Below are positions 23,069-34,189 of a stretch of DNA of 64,000 bases, piece after piece. Position 1 is the stretch's first letter. The number at the start of each line of letters is the position of its first letter. The DNA lies in the sequence record OR670491.1; one strand, 5' to 3'. The translations under genes and the position numbers were made by a program. A model generated the notes under the pieces. That model was not told where the DNA came from. It did no database searches and saw nothing but the letters and a program-made list of their open reading frames with translations.

Positions 23069-26018
23069 AACGATTTTACATCAACTATCTGTGTGTATCC
23101 GAATTCAATAACGTAAGAGGTCACACAATCGAAAAGCAATCTATGGATGTATATGTTCGTGCTGAAAGTCCTACACATGCATTGTTTAAACTTATCAGTG
23201 AAGTCACCAAGTACAATACTCCCAAAACCCAACGCTACATTGGTGCTTTGTATGATATCAATGAAGTTCCAGGGTGTGATATATAAAAAGTACTTGACTT
23301 GGATTAGAAATCTATATATAATATATACATATTAATCGAAATGGAAAATAAATCATGTTGGCTAATCTTCAGTACTTTGTAACTTCTCCGTGGGATGAAC
23401 GTGGTGTTGAACTGAACCACAAAGAAACAAGTTTTGATGACATTGGTGTAGGTACATACATCTCTGCAAATTACGACCGTAACCATCCATTTTGGGAAAA
23501 GTTTAAAGATAATGAAAGTAATCGTGTTATGTCATTATTTCAACTTAAACAACCAGGGATTGTAGCTGGTTATAATGAAGAAGACATGATCAATGTATTC
23601 ACTAACTATAAGGTAGTTGAAGAATTCCCGTGGATTAATAAACACAACGGCAATGCTTATAGTTCAGATGATTATCGTGAAATGGTCACAAATGATGATG
23701 CAATTACGTTACCAAGTGGACGTCCAGTTCCATCATCAACAAATTGTATGTCTTCTTATGGTACGGCTGATAATCTTCAGCAAATCCTGAAGAAGTATAA
23801 GCGTGTTCTGGATTCAGAAGACGAGTTAGTACTGTGTATTCATCCTGTGTACAAATCCGAACAACCAGAAAGTGGTGGCTGGCGTTGGCATAAGAATGGT
23901 ACATATATTGGTAACAAAAGAAGTAAACGTGGATATGAATACCTGGCTGATGAACCTGATATTGAAGTAGTAATCGGCTTTAAATTTCTTAAAGTACAGA
24001 GGAAAGACAATGCTTTATCTAATTCTTAGTTTTGTGGTTGCAATCGTTTTTATGTTTTACCCAACCTTCGTAGCACTGGTTGTACAGAAAAGCTACCGTA
24101 CTATTGGCATCATCATGGTACTGAATATTGCACTTGCTCTAGTGTCTATGCTTGTAGTAGTATCATCGCTGGCGTGGGTTGATATCATTACATTTTGGTT
24201 ATTTGTGTTTTCTTATTTGATGATTGTTGAAGTCAAACCTATTGACTTATAAGTTACTTCTGATATAATAACTTTACATTAACTGATATGAGGTATTAAA
24301 ATGTTAGCACTTATTTCTTCTATTCCGGCTATGGTACTCGTTTGGATTATTGTTTTTTATATGTTTTCATCTGCTAAAACGAAAGAAAAGATGGAAGACT
24401 TGTTCTTGTTGGATACAACTGTAGTTGAAGTATTCTTCTGGGTAGTAGTCATCGGAACTGTTGTAATGATTCTGAACTTTGTATTACCACTTGGAATCGC
24501 TCACAACATTCTGTCCCTTGTTGAATATTTTATTGCAATCATTTGGTTCATGCAATGTCTGTTTGCTGGTAAGGTTGGAATCTGGTTTACGTTGGTGAAA
24601 GAAAAGATTAGTACGCTTACTAAAACTAAGTAATATTCTCAAAAATGTTAAATACTTCTGTACAAAGTAATGTTCAGAAGTATTTTTACTTTTATTGAGG
24701 GTATCATGAAATATGTAATAATAACTATAACTTTTTTAATTGGATTGATTTCTAGTTCAGCCAATGCAGTAGTTGGTGAAGAACTAGATTGTATGGGGAA
24801 TGATGGGATATGGCATGTACTTACAAATGACCCACAAAATGGAACTAATATTGTAGTTGACGGTGATGTTTATAGGTTCAGAAACGAAAGTACAATAGGT
24901 AACAAAAAAGTCTCGACATATAAAAATGATGCTGATATAATAGCTAACGTAATCTTGATTGTAGATCCAAAGACAAGGGATGGAGATATCTATATTGTAA
25001 TATATAGAGATTCTTCGAATAAACGCGATGAGGATATAGATAAGCTTAATCTACATTGCGAATTTTAAACGAGGTTCTTATGTTAAACACGGTTCTTCAG
25101 TACATCTTAAGCATTCCATTTATTCTTAGCAGTCTTGTATCTGTAGCATCAATACTTTTTAGTATCTTTTCAGTAATGTACTGTGTATATACTAAAAAAT
25201 ATACATTCATCAATAAGGTAAACTCCTTATTTGAAACTGATAGTGTACCGTATTGTGTGTGGTCTTTTAGTGCAGCGGGAATTTTTGCAACATTCCTTCT
25301 TTACTGCCTGGATATTATTGACAGAAGTTATGTTCTAATTAGCATTGGGGTAGGATTATATTCATCGTGTTGGTACTTGATTTATGTTGTAGACTCGTGG
25401 TATACTGCATATCAGCAGTACACGATTAATAAACAATATTCCAAGTGAGGATATGACCATGAAAGTATTTTTATTCTTTATCTGTATGATTTTTTGTGCT
25501 GTACAAGCTCATGCGGAACCACTGGCAAAGATGTTTTGTTCAGAGGGTGAAGTACAGCACATCTATCAAGGTGATTCTGATGACCACGATATCATTTACA
25601 TTGATGGATCGATTTATAACTTTGTAAAAGAACATACAGTTGGTGATGTAAGTTTTACCGAGTACGCATCGAATGTAGATAAGAATGAGTTAGCGTTTAT
25701 CCAGGTTAACTTAGAAGAAGATGCTGATGAAGTACAAGATGTTAAATTGGTTCTAATGCGTAAAGGTGCAGGTACTACAGAGTTTGGTGGCTCCTGTGTG
25801 TTTGATGCATAGTCGGGAGATAAAATATGTTGATTTATCAAGGTGATGGTATTCGTGTATTGCAGCATCCATTCCTTCAAGTCTTCGATGTACAGAAGTT
25901 TCAAGAAGGTGATGATCCAAGAACATATGGACGTAAACATGATTACTTCACAGTAAAGCAATGTACAAGTATTGAAGAAGTTCGTTCATTAGTGAAAGAA
26001 CTAGAAAATAATGGTTGA
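23065..26018 (+). other. small hypothetical, membrane and exported proteins
   Basis: 23065-23286, 24010-24252, 24301-24633, 24706-25068 (signal peptide), 25080-25448 (multi-TM), 25453-25812 (signal peptide), 25827-26018. Confidence 0.65.
23355..24029 (+). CDS. conserved phage protein (GGWRWHKxGxYIG type)
   Basis: SYGTADNLQQI...QPESGGWRWHKNGTYIG motif, recognised from memory as recurrent in myophages; function unknown. Confidence 0.6.
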   Translation: MLANLQYFVTSPWDERGVELNHKETSFDDIGVGTYISANYDRNHPFWEKFKDNESNRVMSLFQLKQPGIVAGYNEEDMINVFTNYKVVEEFPWINKHNGNAYSSDDYREMVTNDDAITLPSGRPVPSSTNCMSSYGTADNLQQILKKYKRVLDSEDELVLCIHPVYKSEQPESGGWRWHKNGTYIGNKRSKRGYEYLADEPDIEVVIGFKFLKVQRKDNALSNS

Positions 26019-26043
26019 CTTCGGTCAACCTTTTTTGTATACT
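26013..26043 (+). promoter_or_regulatory. fused terminator-promoter cassette
   Basis: GGTTGAC-TTCG-GTCAACC-T6 with TTGACT-17-TATACT. Confidence 0.8.
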
Positions 26044-26073
26044 TAATTCATATTAATTGATGAGGGTATTGCG

Positions 26074-26520
26074 ATGCTGGTATATCGTTTTGAATTAGGC
26101 TTTAGTTATGTAGAAGAAAACTTATATCCAGTGAGATCAATTGGACCGTTCGCACGTTACTATTCACAATACAGTACTGACAACGGGTTTGACCGTTTGC
26201 GTTTAGGAACACCACACGAATTGCAACCTGAACCAGAAAAGGATGGCATTCATTGCATCAAGCACGGTTGGGCTTTTGGCTGTGCATCAATTAAAGACCT
26301 TATTCGTTTCTTCGCTAATGACTTAGGTCGTTTGCATCGTTCCGGCTTTCAGGTTTTTGTATATGAAGTTCCTGATAATCATGTTGATGTTGGTGGTCAC
26401 CAGGTTCAGTACTACGTAGGTAGTGCTAATTTAGTACGCATCATGGGTGTACGTGAAATGAAGCAAGAATACCGCCAGATGAAAGAGGTTGAAGATGCAA
26501 AAAACGCTGTACACGTTTAA
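26074..26520 (+). CDS. conserved phage protein, possible ADP-ribosyltransferase fold
   Basis: VYR...PEPEKDG...FGCAS...GFQVFVYEV...GGHQV pattern. Confidence 0.35.
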   Translation: MLVYRFELGFSYVEENLYPVRSIGPFARYYSQYSTDNGFDRLRLGTPHELQPEPEKDGIHCIKHGWAFGCASIKDLIRFFANDLGRLHRSGFQVFVYEVPDNHVDVGGHQVQYYVGSANLVRIMGVREMKQEYRQMKEVEDAKNAVHV

Positions 26521-28001
26521 GAAGTGGTACACATTCACTTTACCTGGTGACAAATACTTTGACCAACAGGATGATGAATATTACAAAAAAGAAACTCTCA
26601 AATTACTGAAGATGGCTAAACAAGCCCTTTCTGTATACAACAGTTCTTTAAACGTAGCCTATGAGCATTACCGAATCACGGCAAAGATTGATGAAGAAGA
26701 TGGTGAACTTTCATTCTTTGAATACGATATTGTATACTTTGGTTACACCGATGATGAAGACCCAATCAACGTTGATAAGATACGACTTGACCTCACCGCT
26801 ATATCTGTTATACTTAAACAACTGGCTGAGATGTGTGGCTTAATTGAAACATAATAGAGGAACACTATGAAACTTAAAATTGAATACAGTGGTTTCTGTA
26901 TGCGTAAAAATACTGAATTTGTAAACCGCACTAAAGGTTCAGAACTCTTTTTTAAAGAGATGCAAATTCCTTATGTAATTGAGACAGTTGGAGATCGTGA
27001 AGTACTGTCCTATGAAGAATACACTAAAGTAGATGTACCGTGGTATTCTGAGCACATGTATATGGACATGGCAGAACGTTACAATTGCGAATTTATTATT
27101 AAACCAAAAACTATCACAATCAAATTTAACTAAGGTAAAATAAAATGATCAGTGCTTCAGTGAATGCCAATATTGTTTCAGATGTAAATTTAATTAAAGA
27201 ATGCACAGATAATGATACTCGTGATCTTTATATTAACAACGTCATTGAGCAATATGGAAACATGGGTGTTATGGAGTTCGTCCGCTTAAACGGTGAACTA
27301 ATCAAGAATAAGATTCGTCTTAAACTTGCGGTTCATCCAAAGGCGTGGGCATTCACAATGAAGTACGCAGAAGATATGTTAGAGCTACGCCGCAGTACTG
27401 TTTACGAACGTTTACATAATGGCACATTAGAGGGTTAATATGAAAAAGATTGCATTGGGATTGGCTTTTCTTGCATTGAGTGCTTCTTCGTTTGCAGGGC
27501 AAGCAGAATATGATCAACCACGTTCTGTGAAGTGTGTAGATTTGCGTGGGGGAATTATATCTTATGATGAACATGAAGTACGACGTGCTAAAATTGATAG
27601 TGATGGAACAACGGTAATACTGAAGGATGGAAAATTCATTCAATTCAGTCCAGCAGTTCAATGTATCACGGTTTTGCAAGAATAAAAGCTTTATTGATCT
27701 ATATCAATTTTCATTACCAAAATGTAAATATTAATGAGTAAAATATATTTTCATGGAGGTTTATATGGAAGTTGTTATTATAATATGTGCATTTATTTCT
27801 TTGATAGTAATGTTATCTCCAACTTTTATTGCACACAAATTGAAGAACAATAATGCTGAAGCAATAACATACGTTAACATTTGTTGTGTAATGACATATG
27901 GAATACTGTTGTTCTTTACTGAATTTACTTTTATTCCTATAGTTGTATGTTCATCAATGTTCATATGGTTATTCTTACTGTATGAATCTATTAAAAAATA
28001 A
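26495..28001 (+). other. five hypothetical CDS
   Basis: 26495-26854, 26867-27133, 27145-27438, 27440-27685 (signal peptide), 27753-28001 (TM). Confidence 0.7.
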
Positions 28002-28052
28002 TCAATAACTGGGTTGACCGAAGTCAACCCTTTGTTGTATAGTGAGGTTCTT

Positions 28053-28625
28053 ATGAATCGTAAAGGCCGCTTCAAAGTATCAAAGAAAAATAAGAGTTCC
28101 AAATTTAAGCCCATTGTTATATCCGTGAAAAGTAAGCCTGAATTAACTGCTCTTAGTCATAAGATTGTTTCACCTAAGATTAAAGTATCTTACATTAATT
28201 CGTTAAAATTCCAAAAGGTAAAACCACAAGACCAACTCATTTCACTTATATTTGAACGTAATGATTTTGAGATATCAGTCGATGATTATAGAGGCTATAA
28301 TGCTGGCTTCATTAATGTAACTTGTAATAAAGAACTAACTGCGTTAGAAAATTTGACATGTATAATAAATCTTGATAAAGGGGTGGTGACGTACCAATTT
28401 GTACATTTAACCAATATCAATAATGGTATGGGTGTGCAATCCAGAATAATAGTACCTACATGTGATGAGACTAGTTTAGCGAAGCTCAATGAAGAAGAAT
28501 ATTTTCAAGAAAGTATTGTAACTGAGCATTTGGATGTTATAATAGAAACCTACAAAGAATGCGTATGGGTTTTGAACGCAATCAAACCTAAATTATGTTT
28601 AATGAATATAGTTCGTGATTTGTAA
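28053..28625 (+). CDS. hypothetical protein, FQxS-motif family
   Basis: NEEEYFQESIVTE motif; preceded by a cassette copy with inverted loop (GGGTTGAC-CGAA-GTCAACCC, 28011-28030). Confidence 0.75.
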   Translation: MNRKGRFKVSKKNKSSKFKPIVISVKSKPELTALSHKIVSPKIKVSYINSLKFQKVKPQDQLISLIFERNDFEISVDDYRGYNAGFINVTCNKELTALENLTCIINLDKGVVTYQFVHLTNINNGMGVQSRIIVPTCDETSLAKLNEEEYFQESIVTEHLDVIIETYKECVWVLNAIKPKLCLMNIVRDL

Positions 28626-28637
28626 ATTGGAGAGAAA

Positions 28638-29081
28638 ATGAGTTGGATACATGTTAATCATTCAGTACTGAACGAAATTGATATCTTTGCTTTCGTCAAC
28701 CTTAAGGATGATACTGTCCTTCGTGGACGTTTGTTCACTACACACGAAGGAGTTAAAGGTATTGCACTGATGGATACAAATGGTGCAGTATATGCTTCAC
28801 AGGAGCTACCTGCGTGGACGTATAGCAGTACTGAAGAGAATGTATTCGCAGAAGTAATGAAAGGCTTAGAGGCTCTGCCTGGTGGCGATATCCAGAACAT
28901 CGTATTCAATATTGAACGCGGTAATTACTCACCAGAACATCTAAGTGCATTAGCTATGAGAGCATTGAAGTCAGCTATAGTCACACCTAAGTGTGTGATT
29001 CTGAAGTATGTTCCTGACTTATCGTTAAGTGCACAAGATATGGAATCATTCATTTTTACATCTGAACTGAAACAATATTGA
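28638..29081 (+). CDS. hypothetical protein
   Basis: 147 aa, GGAG RBS. Confidence 0.7.
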   Translation: MSWIHVNHSVLNEIDIFAFVNLKDDTVLRGRLFTTHEGVKGIALMDTNGAVYASQELPAWTYSSTEENVFAEVMKGLEALPGGDIQNIVFNIERGNYSPEHLSALAMRALKSAIVTPKCVILKYVPDLSLSAQDMESFIFTSELKQY

Positions 29082-29139
29082 ACAAATTTCAGTTAAGTGA
29101 TATAATTACAATGAGTTAATAAGAACAGAACTCATTTGT

Positions 29140-29147
29140 TATAAATA
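29140..29147 (+). promoter_or_regulatory. T4-type late promoter
   Basis: TATAAATA 33 bp upstream of 29181. Confidence 0.65.
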
Positions 29148-29180
29148 CAAATGTAATTTATCTCTTTAAGGAGTATTGAA

Positions 29181-29564
29181 ATGGTTGATAAATGGAACAA
29201 GAAAGATCCATCACACGATGTGGATATTTCAGGTCTTGACAATGAGCACAAGCATAAGTATCTAGATTCACTAGGTCTACTAAAGCCTGACCAAAGTCTA
29301 TCTCATGACCGCCCTTCACGTGAAAAGGCATTCAGCCTTGAATCCTTGGGTCATGAATTGAATCGTGTATTTGAAGATCACCCAATCTATGTTCGTGATA
29401 TTATTGAAAAGCTTAAAGTAACTCCTAAAGAGCACTTTAAAGCAACAGTACATGCGGCGTTCCGCTCTTTGCACGAAGCACTAAAGAAAACTCATAACCT
29501 ACGTAAGATTCATGATGATATCGTGAAAGCTATCGAAGGTGAGAAACATAAGTTCAAGAAATAA
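29181..29564 (+). CDS. late protein, paralog of the N-terminal part of 30152-31972
   Basis: YLDSLGLL...LNRVFEDHP...LKVTPKEHFK aligns with YVNSLGLL...LGKIFANKP...LQAVPKEELK. Confidence 0.7.
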   Translation: MVDKWNKKDPSHDVDISGLDNEHKHKYLDSLGLLKPDQSLSHDRPSREKAFSLESLGHELNRVFEDHPIYVRDIIEKLKVTPKEHFKATVHAAFRSLHEALKKTHNLRKIHDDIVKAIEGEKHKFKK

Positions 29565-29666
29565 ACACTAAGGTTGACTTCGGTCAGCATTTTTTATTGA
29601 TTTAGTATTGACACTATTAAAAGAAATGAATATAATATCAATCAAGACGTAGATAAACCTAACTTA

Positions 29667-30068
29667 ATGAGGATGTGTATGAAAATTATTATTGCGTTGT
29701 TAGTATGTATATCATTTCAAGTATTATCTGCCCCACAATTAGTATGTACAATTACCCGAACTGATGGACAGACTATGACATTCAATACGAATGAATTGTT
29801 TGGAAGATCAAGTACTGAAACGGAAACCACATATCAATATCACCGACTTGATGTTGGTAATAATGTATCTACGCAAACAGACATGACCATCGATAAAATC
29901 ACACTTAAGGGTCGAATTATTGCTGAGAGAAGTGGTGTTCCAGCTTTATCGGCAACAGTAGACTGCAACTAAGGAACAGGTATGTATTTATATATCGCAA
30001 TTTCAAGTATTGTCTTTGTTGTTATCGTTACTGGATGGTTTGGGTATCTAATGTTAAGTACAAAATAG
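29667..30068 (+). other. exported protein (29667-29972) and 28-aa TM microprotein (29982-30068)
   Basis: Signal peptide with Cys pair; MYLYIAISSIVFVVIVTGWFGYLMLSTK is not in the track. Confidence 0.55.
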
Positions 30069-30097
30069 GTTGACTTCGGTCAGCCTTTTCTTTATAC

Positions 30098-30105
30098 TAT
30101 AAATA
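30098..30105 (+). promoter_or_regulatory. T4-type late promoter
   Basis: TATAAATA directly after a terminator cassette (30067-30086). Confidence 0.65.
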
Positions 30106-30151
30106 TAGTCATAGAGAATAAACCAATATGAAATCTATGGAGAGAAATCAA

Positions 30152-31972
30152 ATGCCAGGTCAATTTACTGATAAAAATGGTGGTAATATGGCTGGTCACT
30201 CTGACCGTTGGAGTGATGCTAACCGCCGTAAGAATAGTTATCAAGCAGGACAAGGTTCACGTGGTTCACGTAATCAAGGGACAGGTTTAGCTGGTAAGGC
30301 AAACGCAGAAGCAGGTGAAGTTAAGAGTACTGAGAACATGACTGAGCTAGAAAAGCTACGTTATGTTAACTCATTAGGTCTTCTTAACGCAACACAGAAA
30401 CAACGCCTTGCTGATATGGAACGTGCTGAGAAAGAACAAGCAGTTCCTAAAGAAGAACCAAAACCAGAAGCTCCTAAAGCAGCTAACCCTGTTAAAGAGT
30501 TATCTGATAACTTAGGTAAGATCTTTGCTAACAAACCACAGTTGATTCAGGGTATTGTCAAAGCACTACAGGCAGTTCCTAAAGAAGAACTCAAAGGTAA
30601 AGCACAAGCTGTACTTGATGCAATGAAAGGTAATAAGAGCACTGAACCTACTGAAGTATTCAGTACTATCATGCGTGCACTGGAAGGTAAACAGAAATCC
30701 TTACCACAAAAGACCGATCAAAAACCAAGCAAACCTAGTGGAAGAATGTCTGAAGACGAATTCCGTGAAGTAAATGATTACTTAGGTGCTAAGTTTGTGA
30801 ACGATATTATCAATCAAGCTAAACAATATACAGACTTAGAGAAAGCACTGTACATTATTGATATGGCAATTGAAAATGTAGATGATGTAAATGATTCTCG
30901 TGCAGTTCGTATGTCAATGTCAAGTGCTGCTGATGACCTCACATCAATGGGATTAACGCTCAAGGATGAAGACGAAAATAATGATATTGAGTTTGATGAA
31001 CACTCACACGATGATGTTAATCTGGAAAGTATTCTTAAAACTTTTGATAGTATTGGCAAAGCAGACCGTGCTAATGCACAGCAAGTCAAGAATGTACTAG
31101 CTAAACTTGAAAACCGTTTAGAAGGTAAAGACGATAAGATTCAATTAGTACATGATGCTATCAAATCAGCATTAGATTCTTATGCACCTGGTGAGAAGTC
31201 TCGATTCATCACTGCTATGAATGCTGCATTCAATACTATGAAAAAGTATGAAGCTGAACATGGTGAGAAAGTATCAAAAGATGGTTACTTAGTTCGTGAT
31301 GATGAAGAAGGGGCAGTTGACCAGAAAGATGCTGAAACATCTCATGATGATTTACCTGATACTGTTGATATGGATGGTTACATTCATCGTCCTGAAATGG
31401 GAGAGTTTGGTTCTGACAAAGAAGGATTTGAACATGCAATGGCAGTGTACAAAGCTCTCGTGAACAATCCAGATTATGCCAACCGATTTGTAGATGAGTT
31501 TGATAGTGCATGGAACAACTACAAAGACAAAGGTTATGACTTCCCTGCTGAGGCAGCATTCTTTGAACTTGGTAAACTTTTAGCTAAACATGGAATTGAT
31601 GTAGGTTCTAAAGATGGTACTGATACTGATGGCATGGAAGCAGAATTGGCTAAAGATCGTGAAATGAACGACAACTCCATTCATGAACTCCAGAAGCTAA
31701 TGATGTGGATATCCGATATTGGTAAAAAAGCTGGTGCTGATAATAAGAGTATCAACAAAAACATTAGTTGGATTAAAAGTAATGTTGGTAAAAATGCTCG
31801 TAAACTACAAAAAGCATGGACTGATTTAGTAAATGGTGCTGATGATGTTGACATTGAATCACCAGAAGCATACGAATATGCATTAACTACTCTTGATAAT
31901 TCCTTTAAAGATTACGATAACGGTAACGTAACTCATTGGGAAAAGGATATCATGAACAAATACGGTAAATGA
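30152..31972 (+). CDS. large acidic late protein (candidate internal virion protein)
   Basis: About 606 aa from ATG 30152 (GGAG RBS; track start 30128); D/E/K-rich and helical. Confidence 0.6.
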   Translation: MPGQFTDKNGGNMAGHSDRWSDANRRKNSYQAGQGSRGSRNQGTGLAGKANAEAGEVKSTENMTELEKLRYVNSLGLLNATQKQRLADMERAEKEQAVPKEEPKPEAPKAANPVKELSDNLGKIFANKPQLIQGIVKALQAVPKEELKGKAQAVLDAMKGNKSTEPTEVFSTIMRALEGKQKSLPQKTDQKPSKPSGRMSEDEFREVNDYLGAKFVNDIINQAKQYTDLEKALYIIDMAIENVDDVNDSRAVRMSMSSAADDLTSMGLTLKDEDENNDIEFDEHSHDDVNLESILKTFDSIGKADRANAQQVKNVLAKLENRLEGKDDKIQLVHDAIKSALDSYAPGEKSRFITAMNAAFNTMKKYEAEHGEKVSKDGYLVRDDEEGAVDQKDAETSHDDLPDTVDMDGYIHRPEMGEFGSDKEGFEHAMAVYKALVNNPDYANRFVDEFDSAWNNYKDKGYDFPAEAAFFELGKLLAKHGIDVGSKDGTDTDGMEAELAKDREMNDNSIHELQKLMMWISDIGKKAGADNKSINKNISWIKSNVGKNARKLQKAWTDLVNGADDVDIESPEAYEYALTTLDNSFKDYDNGNVTHWEKDIMNKYGK

Positions 31973-31981
31973 TAAAGAAAA

Positions 31982-32014
31982 GGGTTGACTTCGGTCAGCC
32001 CTTTTTGCTATAAT
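31982..32014 (+). promoter_or_regulatory. fused terminator-promoter cassette
   Basis: GGGTTGAC-TTCG-GTCAGCCC-T5-GC-TATAAT (18-bp spacer, extended -10 TGC). Confidence 0.85.
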
Positions 32015-32042
32015 CATTTCATCAACTCAAGAGGAAACAAAA

Positions 32043-32786
32043 ATGAAAAAGACTATTTTAAGCGTAATCGGTGCAGTACTGTTCATGGTAACTTCAGTTG
32101 CTTCTGCTGCAACAGTAGAAGAGATCTTTAATAACAACCTACCTACTCAAGAAGAGATGGGTATTAAGAAGTGTGACCTTTCCCGTTACATCATTTTGGG
32201 ATCACAACTGGTTCCTGATGGTAAGGTTAAAAATCGTGTTAATCTGGTTGAAGATGGTAACACCTTCAGTTTTGAATATGGCGTAGCACCAACCTCCGGT
32301 TCTATGGATAACGTTGATGAAAACACTGGTTCCACCTGGAGTACTAACAAAGGTGATGTGTTCCATCGTATGCGTGAAGGTGGTAAACTGAAATATGTTT
32401 ACGAAAGCCCATTCATCAAACGCGTGTATATTATGACCAACTGCCATTGACAGATACATTTCAGTACTGTATAATACCTACATCAACCAGAGGATATGAC
32501 AATGAATGTATTAGCCAATCTTGTAGGACAGATGCGTTATAACGAAATCATCACTGATGTTTCTGAACTCACTGAATCAAAAAGCTACATCCACTTAGAT
32601 GAACTAATCATCAAGTACGGAGAGATTGGTGTCAATGAGCTTATTGTTTTTATGATTGAAACTCACAAGTTGAAGTACTTTAAGCTGAACTCTGAACCGT
32701 ATGCAGAACCTAATCTTTATTACAGTTATTACTTGAAGTACAAAGATGAATTCAATAGTATTTTTAGTAAACTATTACTTGCATAG
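32043..32786 (+). other. exported protein (32043-32450) and hypothetical protein (32496-32786)
   Basis: Signal peptide ending ASA; promoter TTGACA-17-TATAAT at 32447-32475 with TCAGTACTG in the spacer. Confidence 0.7.
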
Positions 32787-32795
32787 GATAACAAT

Positions 32796-34178
32796 ATGAA
32801 TTTTGAATTGATTAATAAAATATCATTCTGTTTCATGTGTTTAATACAATTGTATTTGACACTTGGATATATACTTAGATTTTTTAAGTACAAAAGTATA
32901 TATAAACGCTTTTATGATGATGCACCTATCTTCGATTTACTGTTCATCGGTAATGCGTTTTCTATAGGAGAAATTCTGGTTGATGGCATTGACCCTGCTC
33001 AACCACAGTTAGTTAGTATCTTACTTGGACTAATTGTATCATGTGTTGGTATATTCCCATTGGTGTGGTCATTCTTTCACTTCGTTGGGTGGCTTGATAA
33101 AATACGTAATAATTTACCGGAGCGATAATGCAAACAGTAAACACATTAAGTTTTATCATTTGTACTGTGTCTGTATTTTATATGGTACTGTGTTATGTTT
33201 TGTGGTTTTTCAAATTTGAAAGCATTTTAGAACGTGTTTATAGGCTGGACTTAGAAGATGAGATTGGTATAACAGTACTCACTGTTCTAGGTTTTGTCTG
33301 TGGTGCGTCTATCCTGTTGGATATGTACATGAAACTACCCATTGATGCCCCACATCCTCCAGTAATCACCAGTTCAATTGTAATTGGTATTGTAGGTTTC
33401 CAGGGATTGATTAGTCTGTTTTCCTCAATAGCTACATATAGAGATAAGCTACCAAAGAGGTAAAAATGTCGGATAAGTACTACTTTACGGGTAAGAAATG
33501 TGAACCATACGTTTTGGATTACAAGGAGCAGGAACAACCTAAACCGAAAAAGAAAGCGAAGAAGGAAGTAGTGAAGAAACAAAAACCACTGGTTAAAGGA
33601 TTGAAACTTAAACCTTTCCAAAAACTGGACTTTGACACTTACAGAAAGATTTATTTGGATTTGACGTGTAACATTAGCTTTGATGTTAATGCGATGAACA
33701 GGAAGTATAACCTGAAGGGTAGTTTCAATTTTTATTATGACTTAAAGAATGATGATCTTGAATCTTACCATGAGTGGTATAACGTTATGAATAACCACGT
33801 CGATGACAATAACCCATAGGTGAATATATGATTGAAATTATCGGAACGATCAGTTTTGTGTCATGTGTATTGTTCTGCACTTACATGATAATTGGACACA
33901 TTTTGTATTTCTTCAATTACATTACTGTGTTTAAAAAATTCTACTTCGAAAAGAGTGGATTTTTGTTTTACATTTGTGATTTTTTCACATGGGTGTCAAT
34001 GGGTGCAGTTATAATGGATATTATGTTTAGTGAAGATGTTTCTAAGGTAGGGTTCGGAATGACGCTTCTACCATTTGCACTATTCGTTACCCTTGTAGCT
34101 TTGTTCTTGATAGTGTTATCAAGTAATTTTATATCAGAGAAATTAAACAAGGCTAGAGAAAACTTCCCAATGCGATAA
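32796..34178 (+). other. three 3-TM family membrane proteins and one soluble protein
   Basis: 32796-33128, 33128-33463 and 33828-34178 share three hydrophobic segments and a basic R..(L/F)P.R tail; 33466-33819 is basic and soluble. Confidence 0.7.
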
Positions 34179-34189
34179 AGGAGTATACT

